NCBI RefSeq assembly: GCF_000142905.1 | Contig: NW_013657657.1 | Span: forward strand, 124,001-188,000 | DNA length: 64,000 nucleotides | DNA from: Thecamonas trahens ATCC 50062 | Lineage: Eukaryota; Protista; Apusomonadida | Direction: 5' to 3' | Shown here: positions 1 to 10,602 of the stretch, piece by piece | How the letters are laid out: each line of letters opens with the position of its first letter | Numbering within the stretch: position 1 is the stretch's first letter | Made by a program: the position numbers and the translations under genes | Notes under the pieces: generated by a model | The model's input: only the letters and a program-made list of their open reading frames with translations | Told to the model about the DNA's origin: nothing | The model's database searches: none

Positions 1-638
1 GGGCCGTGCGGCGGCGGGCCATGCGGCGGCGCAGGTGTGGGGATTGTCATTGGTGGAAGCTCTGGGTAAGCCGACGGTGGCGCAGGTCCCGGGGCCGGGG
101 CCGGGGCCGGGGCCGGGGCCGGGGCCGGGGCCGGGGCCGGGGCCGGGGACGGAGTAAACGGCGGCGGTGGGCCGGGAGCCGGCATCTGAGGCTGGGACGG
201 CGGCGGGACATCCGGCACAAAGTGGATGCGGAGGCAGATCTCGCCGGCGTCGTGGCAGGCGCCAGGATTGGGCGGAACAACCGGGTACCATCGCGTGGTG
301 GTCTCCATGCCGGCAAAGACCGGAAGATGGACGTTGCCGAGCGGATCGTCAGCAGACGCGGTGTCCTTGTCCCACAGCTCGACAACCAGATCCTCAAAGG
401 CGTTTGACTCGATGGTGAACTCCTCCTTCCACCGCCACATGGTGTCTGCGCCCGGCCGATCTGCGCTCCCGGCCTTGACCGTCGCCGTCTTGTGCTTGGT
501 CGGCGGATTGCCAGCCTTGACCACTGCGTACGCCTGCGGAGGGCCAACCAGGTCGGTCATGAGCAGCCCCTGTGCCGCTACCACACCCACCGTCAGCTTT
601 CCGGCCACTCCAGGCATGCCACTCTCCGTGCTCGTCAT
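1..638 (-). CDS. C2-domain protein with Pro-rich tail (runs off the window start; absent from the ORF track)
   Basis: Manual translation from ATG 638: MTSTESGMPGVAGKLTVGVVAAQGLL...AYAVVK...WKEEFTIE...LVVELWDKDTASADDPLGNVHLP...TRWYPV...GEICLRIHF, a C2 pattern, followed by PPPP and (PA)n. Confidence 0.85.
   Translation of the reverse strand, partial: MTSTESGMPGVAGKLTVGVVAAQGLLMTDLVGPPQAYAVVKAGNPPTKHKTATVKAGSADRPGADTMWRWKEEFTIESNAFEDLVVELWDKDTASADDPLGNVHLPVFAGMETTTRWYPVVPPNPGACHDAGEICLRIHFVPDVPPPSQPQMPAPGPPPPFTPSPAPAPAPAPAPAPAPAPAPGPAPPSAYPELPPMTIPTPAPPHGPPPHG
91..148 (+). repeat. (GGGGCC)9 hexanucleotide repeat, coding poly-Pro-Ala on the - strand
   Basis: Nine perfect copies at 91-144 plus GGGG. 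Confidence 0.95.
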
Positions 639-679
639 TGCTGCTGCTTCTCACTGCCGGAAAGTCGAGTGCGTTCACG

Positions 680-914
680 CCTGTCGCTTGCGCCGCCTGT
701 CGGTCGTTTGCGCCGCCAGTCGTTGGTTGCGCCGCCTGTTGGTTGCTTGCGCCGCCTATCGGTCGGTTGCTTGTGCCGCCAGTCGGTCGCTTGCGCCGGC
801 TATCGGTTGCTTGCGCCGCCTATCGGTTGGTTGCGCCGCCTGTCGGTTGCTTGCGCCGCCTATCGGTTGCTTGCGCCGCCTATCGGTTAGTTGCGCCGCC
901 TATCGGTCGCGCCG
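680..914. repeat. ~20-bp minisatellite, ~12 copies (consensus CTATCGGTTGCTTGCGCCGC)
   Basis: Tandem degenerate units read directly, in the divergent intergenic region. Confidence 0.9.
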
Positions 915-1254
915 ACGTCAGAGGGTGCCCGGGAGGGAGGGCCGGAGGGCCCATCGGACGGACTTCCGGCCAATGCTGGCAAATGCTGGCCAATGCCCAC
1001 CACCTGCTGGCTGGTGGCTGGTGCTTCGAGGGCTTTGATATCGGGGGCGGAGAGATCAGTACGATCATGGGGCTTTTGCCACAGATACCACATCCGTTCC
1101 GGTACCAGCAAGGGTACGCAACACCCCCCGCATCACCGCCACCTAAATCACACCACATCCAACACACATCTTCAAGCCCTTCCCTTATCCCCCCTCTCCA
1201 TCCCCTCGATCTCCAGCCCCAGCCCCAGCCCGAGCCTCAGCCCACACCACCCCA

Positions 1255-1256
<2 letters not shown>

Positions 1257-1338
<82 letters not shown>
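1257..1338. repeat. (CA)n microsatellite
   Basis: About 40 AC units immediately upstream of the ATG at 1384. Confidence 0.95.
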
Positions 1339-1339
<1 letters not shown>

Positions 1340-1383
1340 ACTCTACCCCCGCACCCCTCCCTTCCTACACATACACACGCAGT

Positions 1384-4300
1384 ATGTCCCGCGGAGAGGA
1401 CGGGGGCCTACGGCAGACCAACCAGTACCTCGCAGGCCGCCTGCCGGTCTCGGCCAATGCTGCCCGCTTCCACCTGCTGGAGCTGTCCGATGCTCTCCTG
1501 GTAGAGTCGAGCTCTCCGTCTGCTCTGGCCTCGGCTGGCGGTGTATCGGTGGGACACTCCCATGCGCAGGCTACCCTATCGTCTGCTCAGTCCTCGGTGG
1601 GGGGCAGTGATGCCGTGTCGTCTGCATCTCAGCTGGGCACGCTCGGTGCGGTGCCTGTTGCTGGTCTCGGACTCGCCCACGGCTCTGACCACGGACGAGG
1701 TGGTGGTGATGTTGACGGCGGCGGTACTGGCGAGGCCCAGGGAGGTGGAAAGGCTGATCGTGGAGAAATGACAGCTGGTGGGAGTTTGGCAGAGGTTGAT
1801 GCGTCGGGCGCCGATGCCGTGGCCGTTTCAGCCATTCCCATCGCTCTCGCGGACGACGAGGCGCTCAAGCGGCTTGGCTCGTCGAAGATCAACGCCGCGC
1901 TCAAGGGCGGGCTGATGTACCCGGAAATTGTGGTGGAGACGCCGCGGTTTGCCGCGGCGGTGGTGGCGGCTCTGGCGGCTGTGTCGGACAAAAAGGCACT
2001 CCGCGCCCTCTATGCGCTGCTGCCGCCGTTGGCTCGGCAGCTGAGCTCGATGCAGCTGCTGGCCTCGCTCATCCGCACTGCTGTTGCCGAGCTTGACGCG
2101 CCGAGTCTAACCCGCCGGCTGTGGGGCATCCGCATGACCACTTCGGTCCTGCGCTCGCTGCAGCGGCGGATTGAGATAGCAGACAATGCGTCGGCCCTTC
2201 TGGCATCGGCACTCGACGGCGTAGCACCCGATGACGCCGCACACTTTGCGGCCGAGCTGGAGGAGCTTGTCATCCTCGGCGCCCATGGCGGCCGACTGCC
2301 GATCTCTGCACGCTCCCGAGTCTCGGACTCGATGCGTGTCTTAGTCGAGGGCCATGCGCCGCAGTTCCTCTCGTGGCTTGTTGGCCTCGTTGGCTCGCTC
2401 GACGACCGGTCGCAGAAGAAGGGTTCCCGGCTACGGCACATGTTTGGGCGGTCGTCCAAGCTTGAGCCGGCACTGCTGCAGGCACATGCATTTACCGCTC
2501 TGGGCCTTGTCTTTCCGCGGGCCATCGAGGGCTACCCGCCGCTGGTTGCCGGCCTCGCCTCCGACTCGCCCGACGTCATCCGCGCTTCGCTGCACGCGCT
2601 CCGGCCGTTTGCCCAGAGCTCGCCTAGCGCGCTCCTTGGCTCCATGCAGCGGTTTCTGCAGGGTAAGATGCTTGCGCAGCCCGAGTCGCCGGGCGGCCCG
2701 CTGACGCGCCGAGCACTTGTCCGGCTGCTGCATCCTCTGCTGAGTGAGGTCGACGACCCCCACATGCCCGATGTCTTGCGGACGCTTCTGGTCCTGGCCG
2801 CCGATGCCGTGCCCATGGTTGCCGTTGCCGCTGTCGACGCGCTCGTCTCGCTGCCGCAAACCAGTCTTGCTGGGACCAAGGTGCTCCGCCCGCCTGAGCT
2901 CCCGGTCCCGACAAGCTCGAGCGATCCACTGCCTGCGCTGCGCGACGCCGTGGCGATTGTGAGCGACGCCGCTGCGGCCGGCCTTTCGCTTGACTCGTTT
3001 ATAGTCGAGCGGCTGGCGCTTCTCCTCGCCACCAACTGCCGGGTCCAGCAGCACCGTGTGCTGCGAGTAGTCGAGGCGACGGCACGGCGGCTGGAGAGCC
3101 CGACCGCAGTATCTGCGCTGACGTCGGTGGCGGCTCGGGTGCGGGCGCTAGCTGGCTCGCGCGCCGCTTTTGTATCTGCCGCCGCGCTCTCTGCACTGGT
3201 GTGGTGCGCGCCGGGTGCGTGCGAGGCCCGCCACGTTGTCCTTGCCTTTGAGGCCGCCTTGAGTGCGCGCGCGCTGAGCGCCCGCCTCCTGGCTAAGGTT
3301 TTTACCTCGCTGGCGTCACGGGTGCTCATTGCGCCGGCTCTTGCCGCGCCTGCGCTCGCGCTCATTGCCACCTGGGCTCGCGAGCTGCCGGAGAGTGTCG
3401 ATCCGGACATGATTGTCAACTTTTTGCGCAAACTCATCCGGGTCGGCGCCACCAAGGCGGCGCGGTCCGAGTACAAGGAGGCAGCTCTGAGCGCAGTGTT
3501 CGGTATGCTCGACCTCCCGCGTCGCAGCGGGCCGCGGGCTGGTGCCGCCCTCTGCAGGCTTCATGCTGCTCTCTTCTGGTGGCTTGGTGAGCACGCCAAC
3601 TACCTCATCGGCGAGCGGCAGGAGCAAACGGCCTCGCTCGACGCTGCGCTTCTCGACGAGGCACCGACGGCGACGTCGTCGCCTGCGATGCGCGCTGTGG
3701 TGGCCCGGCTCGAGCACGCGGTGGCCACCGCCGACCGCGAAGGTGCCCGCCTGGCGGCCCTGGCGCTGGCCAAGCTTGCGCTGCGGTCCGGCGACCCGCT
3801 ACGGATCCAGGTCTACGAGTTTCTGCACATGGCCAGTGCCGATCCAGGGCTCCGGCTGTACTGGCTCCTTGCGCCTGTGCTGAGTCTGCTCGACGAGGCG
3901 TACAGCGCTCGTGCCGAGCTTGCCAGGCGCCTTGATGCCGCAGGCGGCTTTGGCCTCTCACCGCGCGACCTTGCCTGGCTCCGCGAGCAGCATGCCACGC
4001 TGCTCGCCAAGTTTGGCGGCATTGCTTCGCTTCCTACCCAGTTCTACCCCATTGGCATCGCGTCGGCCCGGCTTCTTGGCGGCAGCACCCAGCGCAGATC
4101 GACCACCGCCGCCAGCGCTGCATCGTCCGACCACGGCGCCAGGCTCTCGGCCTCGCCCGACTTTGGCGTCCTCTCACTTGAGCTCGCGCCCGTTGCCCAA
4201 GCCGCGCCGCCGCCGCAAGCCGCAAGCCGCCCGAACAGCGGCCTTGCCGAGCTGGCGTCAGCATTCGGCAACATGGGCGCGGCCGAGCTGGCGTCGGCGT

Positions 4301-4737
4301 TTGCAGCGCCCGCGCCCGCGCCCCAGCCCGCACCTCTGCCCGACCTGCCTGCCCCGCGCCGCCCCGAGTTGGAACGGCTCGACGTCGAATCGCCGCGGCG
4401 CGGCTCGGTCGACGGCGGCGCGTCGTCGCTTGCCACCTCGATTCCCATCGACTCGTGGCCCAACTCGCGGACGCTCGACGAGTCGGACTCACAACTCCTT
4501 GCCACCGCTTGCAACTACTCGTCGTCCCCACCGTCGTCGTTCTGCCTCTCCGACTCGGATGGAGGCCTCAGCTCGGACAATGAGCTCACACCGCCATCAT
4601 CGCGGCCGTCGCCGTCGGTCTTTGCGCCCTCGCCGCTGCCAGACTCACAGCCAGCTTCCCAGCCAATGGGCGGTGTTGTTCAGATCGGCCATGTCGACCC
4701 GGCCTTTGCCACCAAGTTTGACGCCGCCTTTGGCTAA
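1384..4737 (+). CDS. TSET/TPLATE complex large subunit TSAUCER (TASH3-like), HEAT/ARM solenoid
   Basis: Motifs WLGEHANY, LALRSGDPLRIQVYEFLH, LLDEAYSA and FYPIG resemble plant TASH3 as I recall it (WFLGENANY, AIRSGEPFRLQIYEFLH, VLDEMY, YLPLGP); disordered tail without SH3. Confidence 0.75.
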   Translation: MSRGEDGGLRQTNQYLAGRLPVSANAARFHLLELSDALLVESSSPSALASAGGVSVGHSHAQATLSSAQSSVGGSDAVSSASQLGTLGAVPVAGLGLAHGSDHGRGGGDVDGGGTGEAQGGGKADRGEMTAGGSLAEVDASGADAVAVSAIPIALADDEALKRLGSSKINAALKGGLMYPEIVVETPRFAAAVVAALAAVSDKKALRALYALLPPLARQLSSMQLLASLIRTAVAELDAPSLTRRLWGIRMTTSVLRSLQRRIEIADNASALLASALDGVAPDDAAHFAAELEELVILGAHGGRLPISARSRVSDSMRVLVEGHAPQFLSWLVGLVGSLDDRSQKKGSRLRHMFGRSSKLEPALLQAHAFTALGLVFPRAIEGYPPLVAGLASDSPDVIRASLHALRPFAQSSPSALLGSMQRFLQGKMLAQPESPGGPLTRRALVRLLHPLLSEVDDPHMPDVLRTLLVLAADAVPMVAVAAVDALVSLPQTSLAGTKVLRPPELPVPTSSSDPLPALRDAVAIVSDAAAAGLSLDSFIVERLALLLATNCRVQQHRVLRVVEATARRLESPTAVSALTSVAARVRALAGSRAAFVSAAALSALVWCAPGACEARHVVLAFEAALSARALSARLLAKVFTSLASRVLIAPALAAPALALIATWARELPESVDPDMIVNFLRKLIRVGATKAARSEYKEAALSAVFGMLDLPRRSGPRAGAALCRLHAALFWWLGEHANYLIGERQEQTASLDAALLDEAPTATSSPAMRAVVARLEHAVATADREGARLAALALAKLALRSGDPLRIQVYEFLHMASADPGLRLYWLLAPVLSLLDEAYSARAELARRLDAAGGFGLSPRDLAWLREQHATLLAKFGGIASLPTQFYPIGIASARLLGGSTQRRSTTAASAASSDHGARLSASPDFGVLSLELAPVAQAAPPPQAASRPNSGLAELASAFGNMGAAELASAFAAPAPAPQPAPLPDLPAPRRPELERLDVESPRRGSVDGGASSLATSIPIDSWPNSRTLDESDSQLLATACNYSSSPPSSFCLSDSDGGLSSDNELTPPSSRPSPSVFAPSPLPDSQPASQPMGGVVQIGHVDPAFATKFDAAFG

Positions 4738-4973
4738 TGAGAGCTCTGCGCGCCTGCTCCTCCTCCGCTAGCCATGCCATGGCCGCCATTAGCCATCACA
4801 TCCATCCACACCCGGTATCCAACACACGCTATCTACGTCCGCCACCAGCAATCCCCATCCCCCTCTCTCCCCTTTTCCACTCCGATACGCCTCGGCCTGA
4901 CCACCGCCACCTCCCTGCCGCACAGCCCGCCGCACAGCCCGCCTCTGCTAGCATTTCTCTCGGTCGACGGTGA

Positions 4974-6322
4974 ATGGGCGACACGGTGGAGCACGACGGG
5001 CTGCGGCCGGTGTGCGAGTCGTGCGAGGCTGCTGCTGCCTGTGTGGTGTGCGGCTCGTGTGGTGGCGCGCTCTGCCTCGCCTGCGACTCGGCCCTGCACC
5101 CGCCGTCATCGCGGCTGATGACTGCCCATGTGCGGACAGCCATTCCCGGACTCAAACCTGGCGGTGGGGGCCGATGGACAAGACAGAGAGCTCGAGCGGT
5201 GGCCCGGCAGGGGGATCATCGGTGGCGGCGGCAATGGCGGCGGTGATGGGAGTGGCGGCAGGGGCGGCTACAGGCGATGGCTCCGGCCCGTGTCCGGCTC
5301 ATCCGCACCTTGATGGCACCTACTACTGCATGAGCTGTCCATCGCAGACTGCGGTCTGCTCCGAGTGTGTGGTGCATGGCGTTCATGCGGCGCACGCTGT
5401 GGCGCTCGTTGCCGACGCTGCTGCTGCCATTCGCCCGCAGATCGATGCTTCTGCTGCCTCCATCCGCCTTGCTCTCGGCGGTGGCCAGTCGCTAGTCGAT
5501 GGCCTCCGCGCGAGGGCCACTGATCATGCGAGTGCTTTTGAACAGGCCGAGGCCGAGCTTGCGGCTGGCTTTGATCGGCTTCGTGCCGCGGTTGACAAGG
5601 CGCAGGCGGCAGCGCTGAACCGGCTCGCCGGCGCCCGCGCCGAGCACCTAGCCTCGCTAGAGGTGCTCGCTGAAGAAGTGGCAGGCAAGATGGAGGATCT
5701 ACGGGAGCTTGACGCCGAGATCGCGGCAGCTTCTGAAGCCCCTGGTCCGCATCGGGTGCTGGCGCTGTACGGCAGCGATGTGGCCGGGCGGGCCGAGGAT
5801 CTCAAGGCGTACCTGTGTGAGCTGGCCGAGGACGCAGGCGACGCATGCCACGGTGGATCGACGGCGGCACTGAACGCCACGTTGGACGACATGAGCGTCG
5901 ACGTGTCGAGCGTCGAGGCGTTCATCACCGCGCTCGGCACAGATGGCACCAGTAGTGGGAGGACAATGGCTGCTTCCGGCCTCGGCACCTCGCCGCGGCG
6001 TCGCGGGCGGCGGCTGTCGGTGACGTCGAGCCCGCCGCCGCGGCCACAGGAGCCGCGAGCGTCGCCATTGGCAACGGTGCGGGCGCGGCGGGCAGTGGCG
6101 CTCGGCTCGCCGCCACGAGAAGCACACGAGCTATCGCCAGCGGCCGCGCCGGTCCTCTCGCCTGCGCTCGCCCGGGCGGACGCCAACACCCAGCGGTTCC
6201 GGCGGCTGCTCGATGGCTACGAGTCGCAGCATCGCGGGCGGATGCGAGAGCGGCGCGCGGCACGGCGTGCGGCGGCAATGCATGCCGCGCACTCGCCGAA
6301 CAAGCTGCTGTTCAAGGGCTGA
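4974..6322 (+). CDS. Tandem B-box zinc finger + coiled-coil protein (RING-less TRIM-like); frameshift near 5166-5170
   Basis: B-box1 (CESC...CGSC...LCLACDSALH...H) in ORF 4974; B-box2 (CPAH...YYCMSC...VCSECVVHGVH..H) and coiled coil in ORF 4970. One extra G in the G5 run joins them. Confidence 0.75.
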
Positions 6323-6353
6323 AGTCTGGAAGGGGGAGAGGAGAGGGGGTCGT

Positions 6354-7737
6354 TTAACCGCCGATGGTGAGGCCGATGCCAAACTTGAAGACCTGCTTCT
6401 TGTGGTCGACGATGCCACAGAGCTGGAGCATGATGCCAAAGATGAGCGACTCCTGGACGCACATGCCGATCTTGCCGGCCGAGTCGACCTGGCCGCGGAA
6501 CTTGCCGGACTGCAGCAGGTACTCGTAGCCGACCTTGAACGACGAGTCGCGCGAGTTGGCGTTAAAGTCGAGCTGGGTGGCCATGGAGAACGAGTCGTTG
6601 ACCTTGTGCATGTAGTTGACGGTAAGGGCGTTGTCCGAGTTGGCCTTGGCGGTGGCGACCCAATTCATGGTGGCGTAGCGGGCGGCGATCGAGATGATCG
6701 AGTGCATGCGGGCGCGGTAGTAGTCGAGCTGCGCGCCAAAGGCGAGCTCGGGAGTAACCTTCTGCATGTAGTTGAAGAACAGCGCCTGGTCGTTGACGAG
6801 CTTAAACTGCGCGGCGTAGTCGTCACCCTTGTGGTCGAGATCGATGTTGAGGACCGTCTCACCCGGCGTGGACGACACGCGGCCCTGGATCTTGGACACA
6901 AAGGCCGGCGACCACTGCTTGATGATGTGTGCGCGGAGAATGCCCATAGTATCCATCTTGGAGATGAGCGCCATCGACCCGTCCTGCGACACGTACGACG
7001 CCCCAAACATGTACTGCTCCGAACCGTCCTCGGCCCCGCCGCCGGTCGTCTGACCCATGACCACCGTGTGCGAGGTCACAAACTGCGGCGCCATGTTGAT
7101 CGGCTTCTTCAGCTCCAGCCGCGCGCCGTCAAACAGCTCCGCCATCGGGAAGATCCCTACACACCGCCCGAGCACATAGTGGTACAGCCACACAATGTCC
7201 GCACCCATGCCCATCCCCGTCAGTCACTGGCTCGCCAGCGCGTCGCCCTCACCCTCCTGGGATGCCCATCCATCCCGCCGGTCCACCCGCACCCACTACG
7301 GCCTCCCACACACGGACGCAACCACCCACGATGCCCATACTCGGCACACGCCTTGAACATCTCCCACCGCACCTCTACACTGCTACTCGTCTCTGTCATG
7401 AACATGGTGCGTTGGTGGGGGGGCAAGAAGAAGGTGCGCTTCATGACGATTTTTGGCCGGCCGGTGGTGGCATGGTCACGGCGACGGAGAGCGAGGCGAC
7501 GGAGGAGATGAAGGCGATGGGGAAGAGAGGGGGGAGGAGGAGGGAGGGGAAGGGGGGACACGTACGCATGGCCTCGCGGGAGTACTCTTCAAACCCGCCG
7601 CAGTGCGGGAGAGGGTCGACATATGCCTCGGGTGCCTGCTCGGGAGTAGCAGCAGGCGCAGCAGCGGCAGCCTCGGTCGGTGCCGGAGCAGCCGAAGCAG
7701 CAGCAGCGGGAGCGGGTGAGGGCGCTGAGTCGGACAT
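6354..7737 (-). CDS. TOM40: Mitochondrial import channel Tom40; exons 7737-7566 and 7156-6354
   Basis: Porin_3 beta-barrel pattern (FDGARLELKK, FVTSHTVVMG, FRGQVDSAG, KFGIGLTIG). Intron GTACGT(7565)...TAG(7157) gives in-frame EEYSREAMR/IFP. Confidence 0.9.
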
Positions 7738-8048
7738 CCGCGACAGGTGGTGCCGTCTGTCGAACGGCGACGACTGTCAACAGACCCTGCCGTCAGCCAC
7801 GGGCTGTGGGTGAGAGGTACAAGGATGGTGCAGGGGGAATGGGTAGCAATCACATTGTAGTTGGTAGGGGGGGTAGGGGAGGGGGGGGGGGGTATGACGA
7901 GGTGATGGCGGTGGTGGTGGTGGGAGGGCGGGGGAGGGGGGGAGGGGGGGGGGTCCGATCAGGACGAGTTGCCGGCTACCGAGGCAATGGAAGCCTGCAT
8001 CTCCACGCTCGGACGGCATCACTCGACTCGACACATCGGCCGGCGGTC

Positions 8049-9158
8049 ATGGCCGACGTCCGATGCGAGGTGCAAGCGAGTGGCGGAAGCGAAAGAGCGG
8101 CGCCTCCTCCTCCTCCTCCTCCTCTGCCTATGGAAGGATCTGGGGTGCCGCGGCGGCAGGTTGTGGCGGCGCGAGCCAGCGGCGAGGAGCTGTGGCGGGT
8201 GCCGGTCGGCGAGGAGGGCCAGGCGGTGGCGATCGGAGATGGGGAGCTGGCGTGGGAGCAAGTCGATGGCTGGCGAGTGTCGGAGGAGGGGTCTGGAGGG
8301 GTGGTGTTTGTTGGCTTTGGCGGCGACGGCGTGGCAGTGGTCAAGGCGAGCGGATCGGTGGCGGCCGATGCGGTGGCGGCCAAGATTGGCGAGATGGTCG
8401 GCCTTAATGCGCCCGCGACGAGACTCGTGGCGCTGCATGTCGATGCCGAGCGAGCTCAGCTGGCGGCAGCGCTCAAGCGGACTGACGCCAACACAAGTGT
8501 CGGCATGCCATCGTCAAGTGTGGTACGCCTCCTCCGTCACCCGATGCTGACCCTGGCCGAGTACGTGGTGCCGACGACATCGGGCGTCGCCGATGTGCTG
8601 CAGAGAAGCCCTGACGCCGTCGCCGACCTTGGCGCCATACTCATGTTCGACGTGCTTGTTCGCAACGCCGACCGAAGCCCACTTCTGATGGATCACGGCG
8701 GAAACGCCGGGAACATGCTCGTCGGCACTGGAGACCGGCTGGTCGCCATCGACAACAGCATGAGCTCACTCGAGCCCGGCACGCCCGAGGCGGTGCTGTA
8801 TCTGGATCGGGTGCGTGCGCTACTTGGTGAGCTTGCTGCTGTCAACGGCGGGGCCGGCCTCGACGTTGCGCCCGAGCTGCGGCGGGTCTTTGTCTGGCTC
8901 GACGCGGCGTACGGAGCCAAGTGCGACGGGGCGCTGGTGGCGGGAGTGGCGGCGGCGATGGAGGCTGCCCGAGAGACGGCGGTCGCGGTCTTGGCAGCAA
9001 AAGAAGTGCACGCGATCGTCGACGCCATGAACAGCCGCGTCGACTTCATGCTGCAGGCCATGACCTGGGGTATGGACAGCCGTGGCCGGTATGGGTTGGC
9101 GCGAGTCTCGGCACAGTTTGTGGACGAGGTGCTGGCGGTCTTTGCCGGCGCGGCCTGA
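8049..9158 (+). CDS. Actin-fragmin kinase-like (atypical PI3/4K-fold) kinase
   Basis: SEEGSGGVVFV...VVKAS; LGAILMFDVLVRNADR; GNAGNML; LVAIDNS. Confidence 0.75.
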   Translation: MADVRCEVQASGGSERAAPPPPPPPLPMEGSGVPRRQVVAARASGEELWRVPVGEEGQAVAIGDGELAWEQVDGWRVSEEGSGGVVFVGFGGDGVAVVKASGSVAADAVAAKIGEMVGLNAPATRLVALHVDAERAQLAAALKRTDANTSVGMPSSSVVRLLRHPMLTLAEYVVPTTSGVADVLQRSPDAVADLGAILMFDVLVRNADRSPLLMDHGGNAGNMLVGTGDRLVAIDNSMSSLEPGTPEAVLYLDRVRALLGELAAVNGGAGLDVAPELRRVFVWLDAAYGAKCDGALVAGVAAAMEAARETAVAVLAAKEVHAIVDAMNSRVDFMLQAMTWGMDSRGRYGLARVSAQFVDEVLAVFAGAA

Positions 9159-9163
9159 AGAAG

Positions 9164-10342
9164 TCAGGCCGGTGACTTGGCGCGGGCAAAGCCAACGCGG
9201 GCGCCATCGACATCAAACTGGGTGTAAAAGGCACGCATAAAAGTGCAGCCCAGGGTCCAGTCGATGGCCATGCCGGGGGCCTGGCCGTCGATGCCGCGCT
9301 GGCACTCGCCATTGACTTGGACGATGTAGTCGTGCGGACTCAGGGCGAACGAGTGGCCGCCGAGGGTAAAGACAAGGTCCGGCTTGCTCGCGTAGTCAAT
9401 GCGCGAGCAGTTTGCGTCGATGTACCCGATGGCCGCCACAATGTGGCCGCCAATGTCATAGGGGACAAGGAGCATCGAGGTGCCCGAGTCGACGATGGCT
9501 GACGTCTTCCCGGTGGTGTAGACGGTCGACGTGCCGGTGGCGGAGATGATGGCAAACGAGTCGACGGCAATCTGCCAGTATGTTTGCGCCTCTAGTGGGA
9601 CGTAGAAGAGCGGCGCAACAAAGAGGGCGTTGTTGACGCCGCCGAGAGTCAGCTCGCCTTGGGTGCCCTCGCTTGAGATGTAAAACGCAAACGAGTTGGC
9701 GTCGAGCGCGTGCGAGGCCGCCAGCGTCTCGAGGAAGGTCGGCACACGACCTGCGGCGAGAGCGGGAAAGCCCATGCCGATGAGGCCGTTCATGGTCGTC
9801 GAGCTAAAGCCCATGGCGGCCGAGACAGCCAGAAACGGCACGTCGTCGGCAGTCACCGAACCCCAAGAGTAACGTCGTCGTAGACCACAGCGCCAACGAC
9901 CGAGCCCGAGCCGTAGTCGATGACCAGAGTAGCATCAGCATAGCCCGGAGACGGATGTATTGGCGCAGGCTTCCCGCCGCCCACCGGATAGTAGACCGAC
10001 GGCACGTCGGGATCGCGGCAGTCCGGGCACGCCGCCGACATCAGCCACATGTTGGACGAGCCGGTATCAAAGATGACCTCGAAGCTCCGCCCGGCCACCT
10101 GGATCTTGCCAGTGTAGTACAGATCGTAGTCATTGATGAGCGGAATGTTCGCCTCACGAGGGCTGATGGCTGATCCGTCTGCTGTCGCCCACGGGAGTGC
10201 CGTCCGCCGGTTGCTGCCGTGACTGCTGCCTGCCGCCGCTGCTGCGGTCGACAGGCTGACCGAGACGGGGGCCGCAGCAGCGAAGGTAGCCGAGAGGAGG
10301 AGGAGGAGGAGGAGGAGGGAGGGGGTGGGGGTGAGGCTGCAT
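9164..10342 (-). CDS. Secreted pepsin/cathepsin D-like aspartic protease (A1); frameshifts near 9861-9864 and probably near 10326
   Basis: Catalytic motifs VIFDTGSSNMW and AIVDSGTS, flap YGSG, GLIGMG, WTLG..FMRAFYTQFD; poly-Leu signal peptide; two ORFs joined by one extra base. Confidence 0.88.
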
Positions 10343-10602
10343 GATGGAGGAGGGGGGAGGGGGGGGTGAGGGTGGGAGGACCTGTAGCCTTGGCTCGGCC
10401 GACTCGCGAGGGTGACAGCGGCTCGGCGAGTTCGCTTGGTCACGGCTCGGGCAGACTGGATCGGCAGGTGGTGGATGGTGATGGGGGGCTTGATGGGTGC
10501 TATGGGCGTGTGTTTTACAACAAATAATGCCGATTCCGCAAAGGCGCCAAGGCTCCAAAGCCCCCAGACACAAAGGAGGAGTGGGGGGAGGAGGGAGGGA
10601 GC

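Noticed and set aside
680-914. CRISPR-like array (also considered for 53429-53596)
   Set aside because: No unique spacers, no cas genes, and a eukaryotic context; these are tandem minisatellites
5164-5186. 23-nt GT-AG mini-intron that would repair the B-box frame
   Set aside because: The donor GTGGGG does not fit the GTAYGY consensus of the other introns; a homopolymer error is simpler, though the intron is not formally excluded
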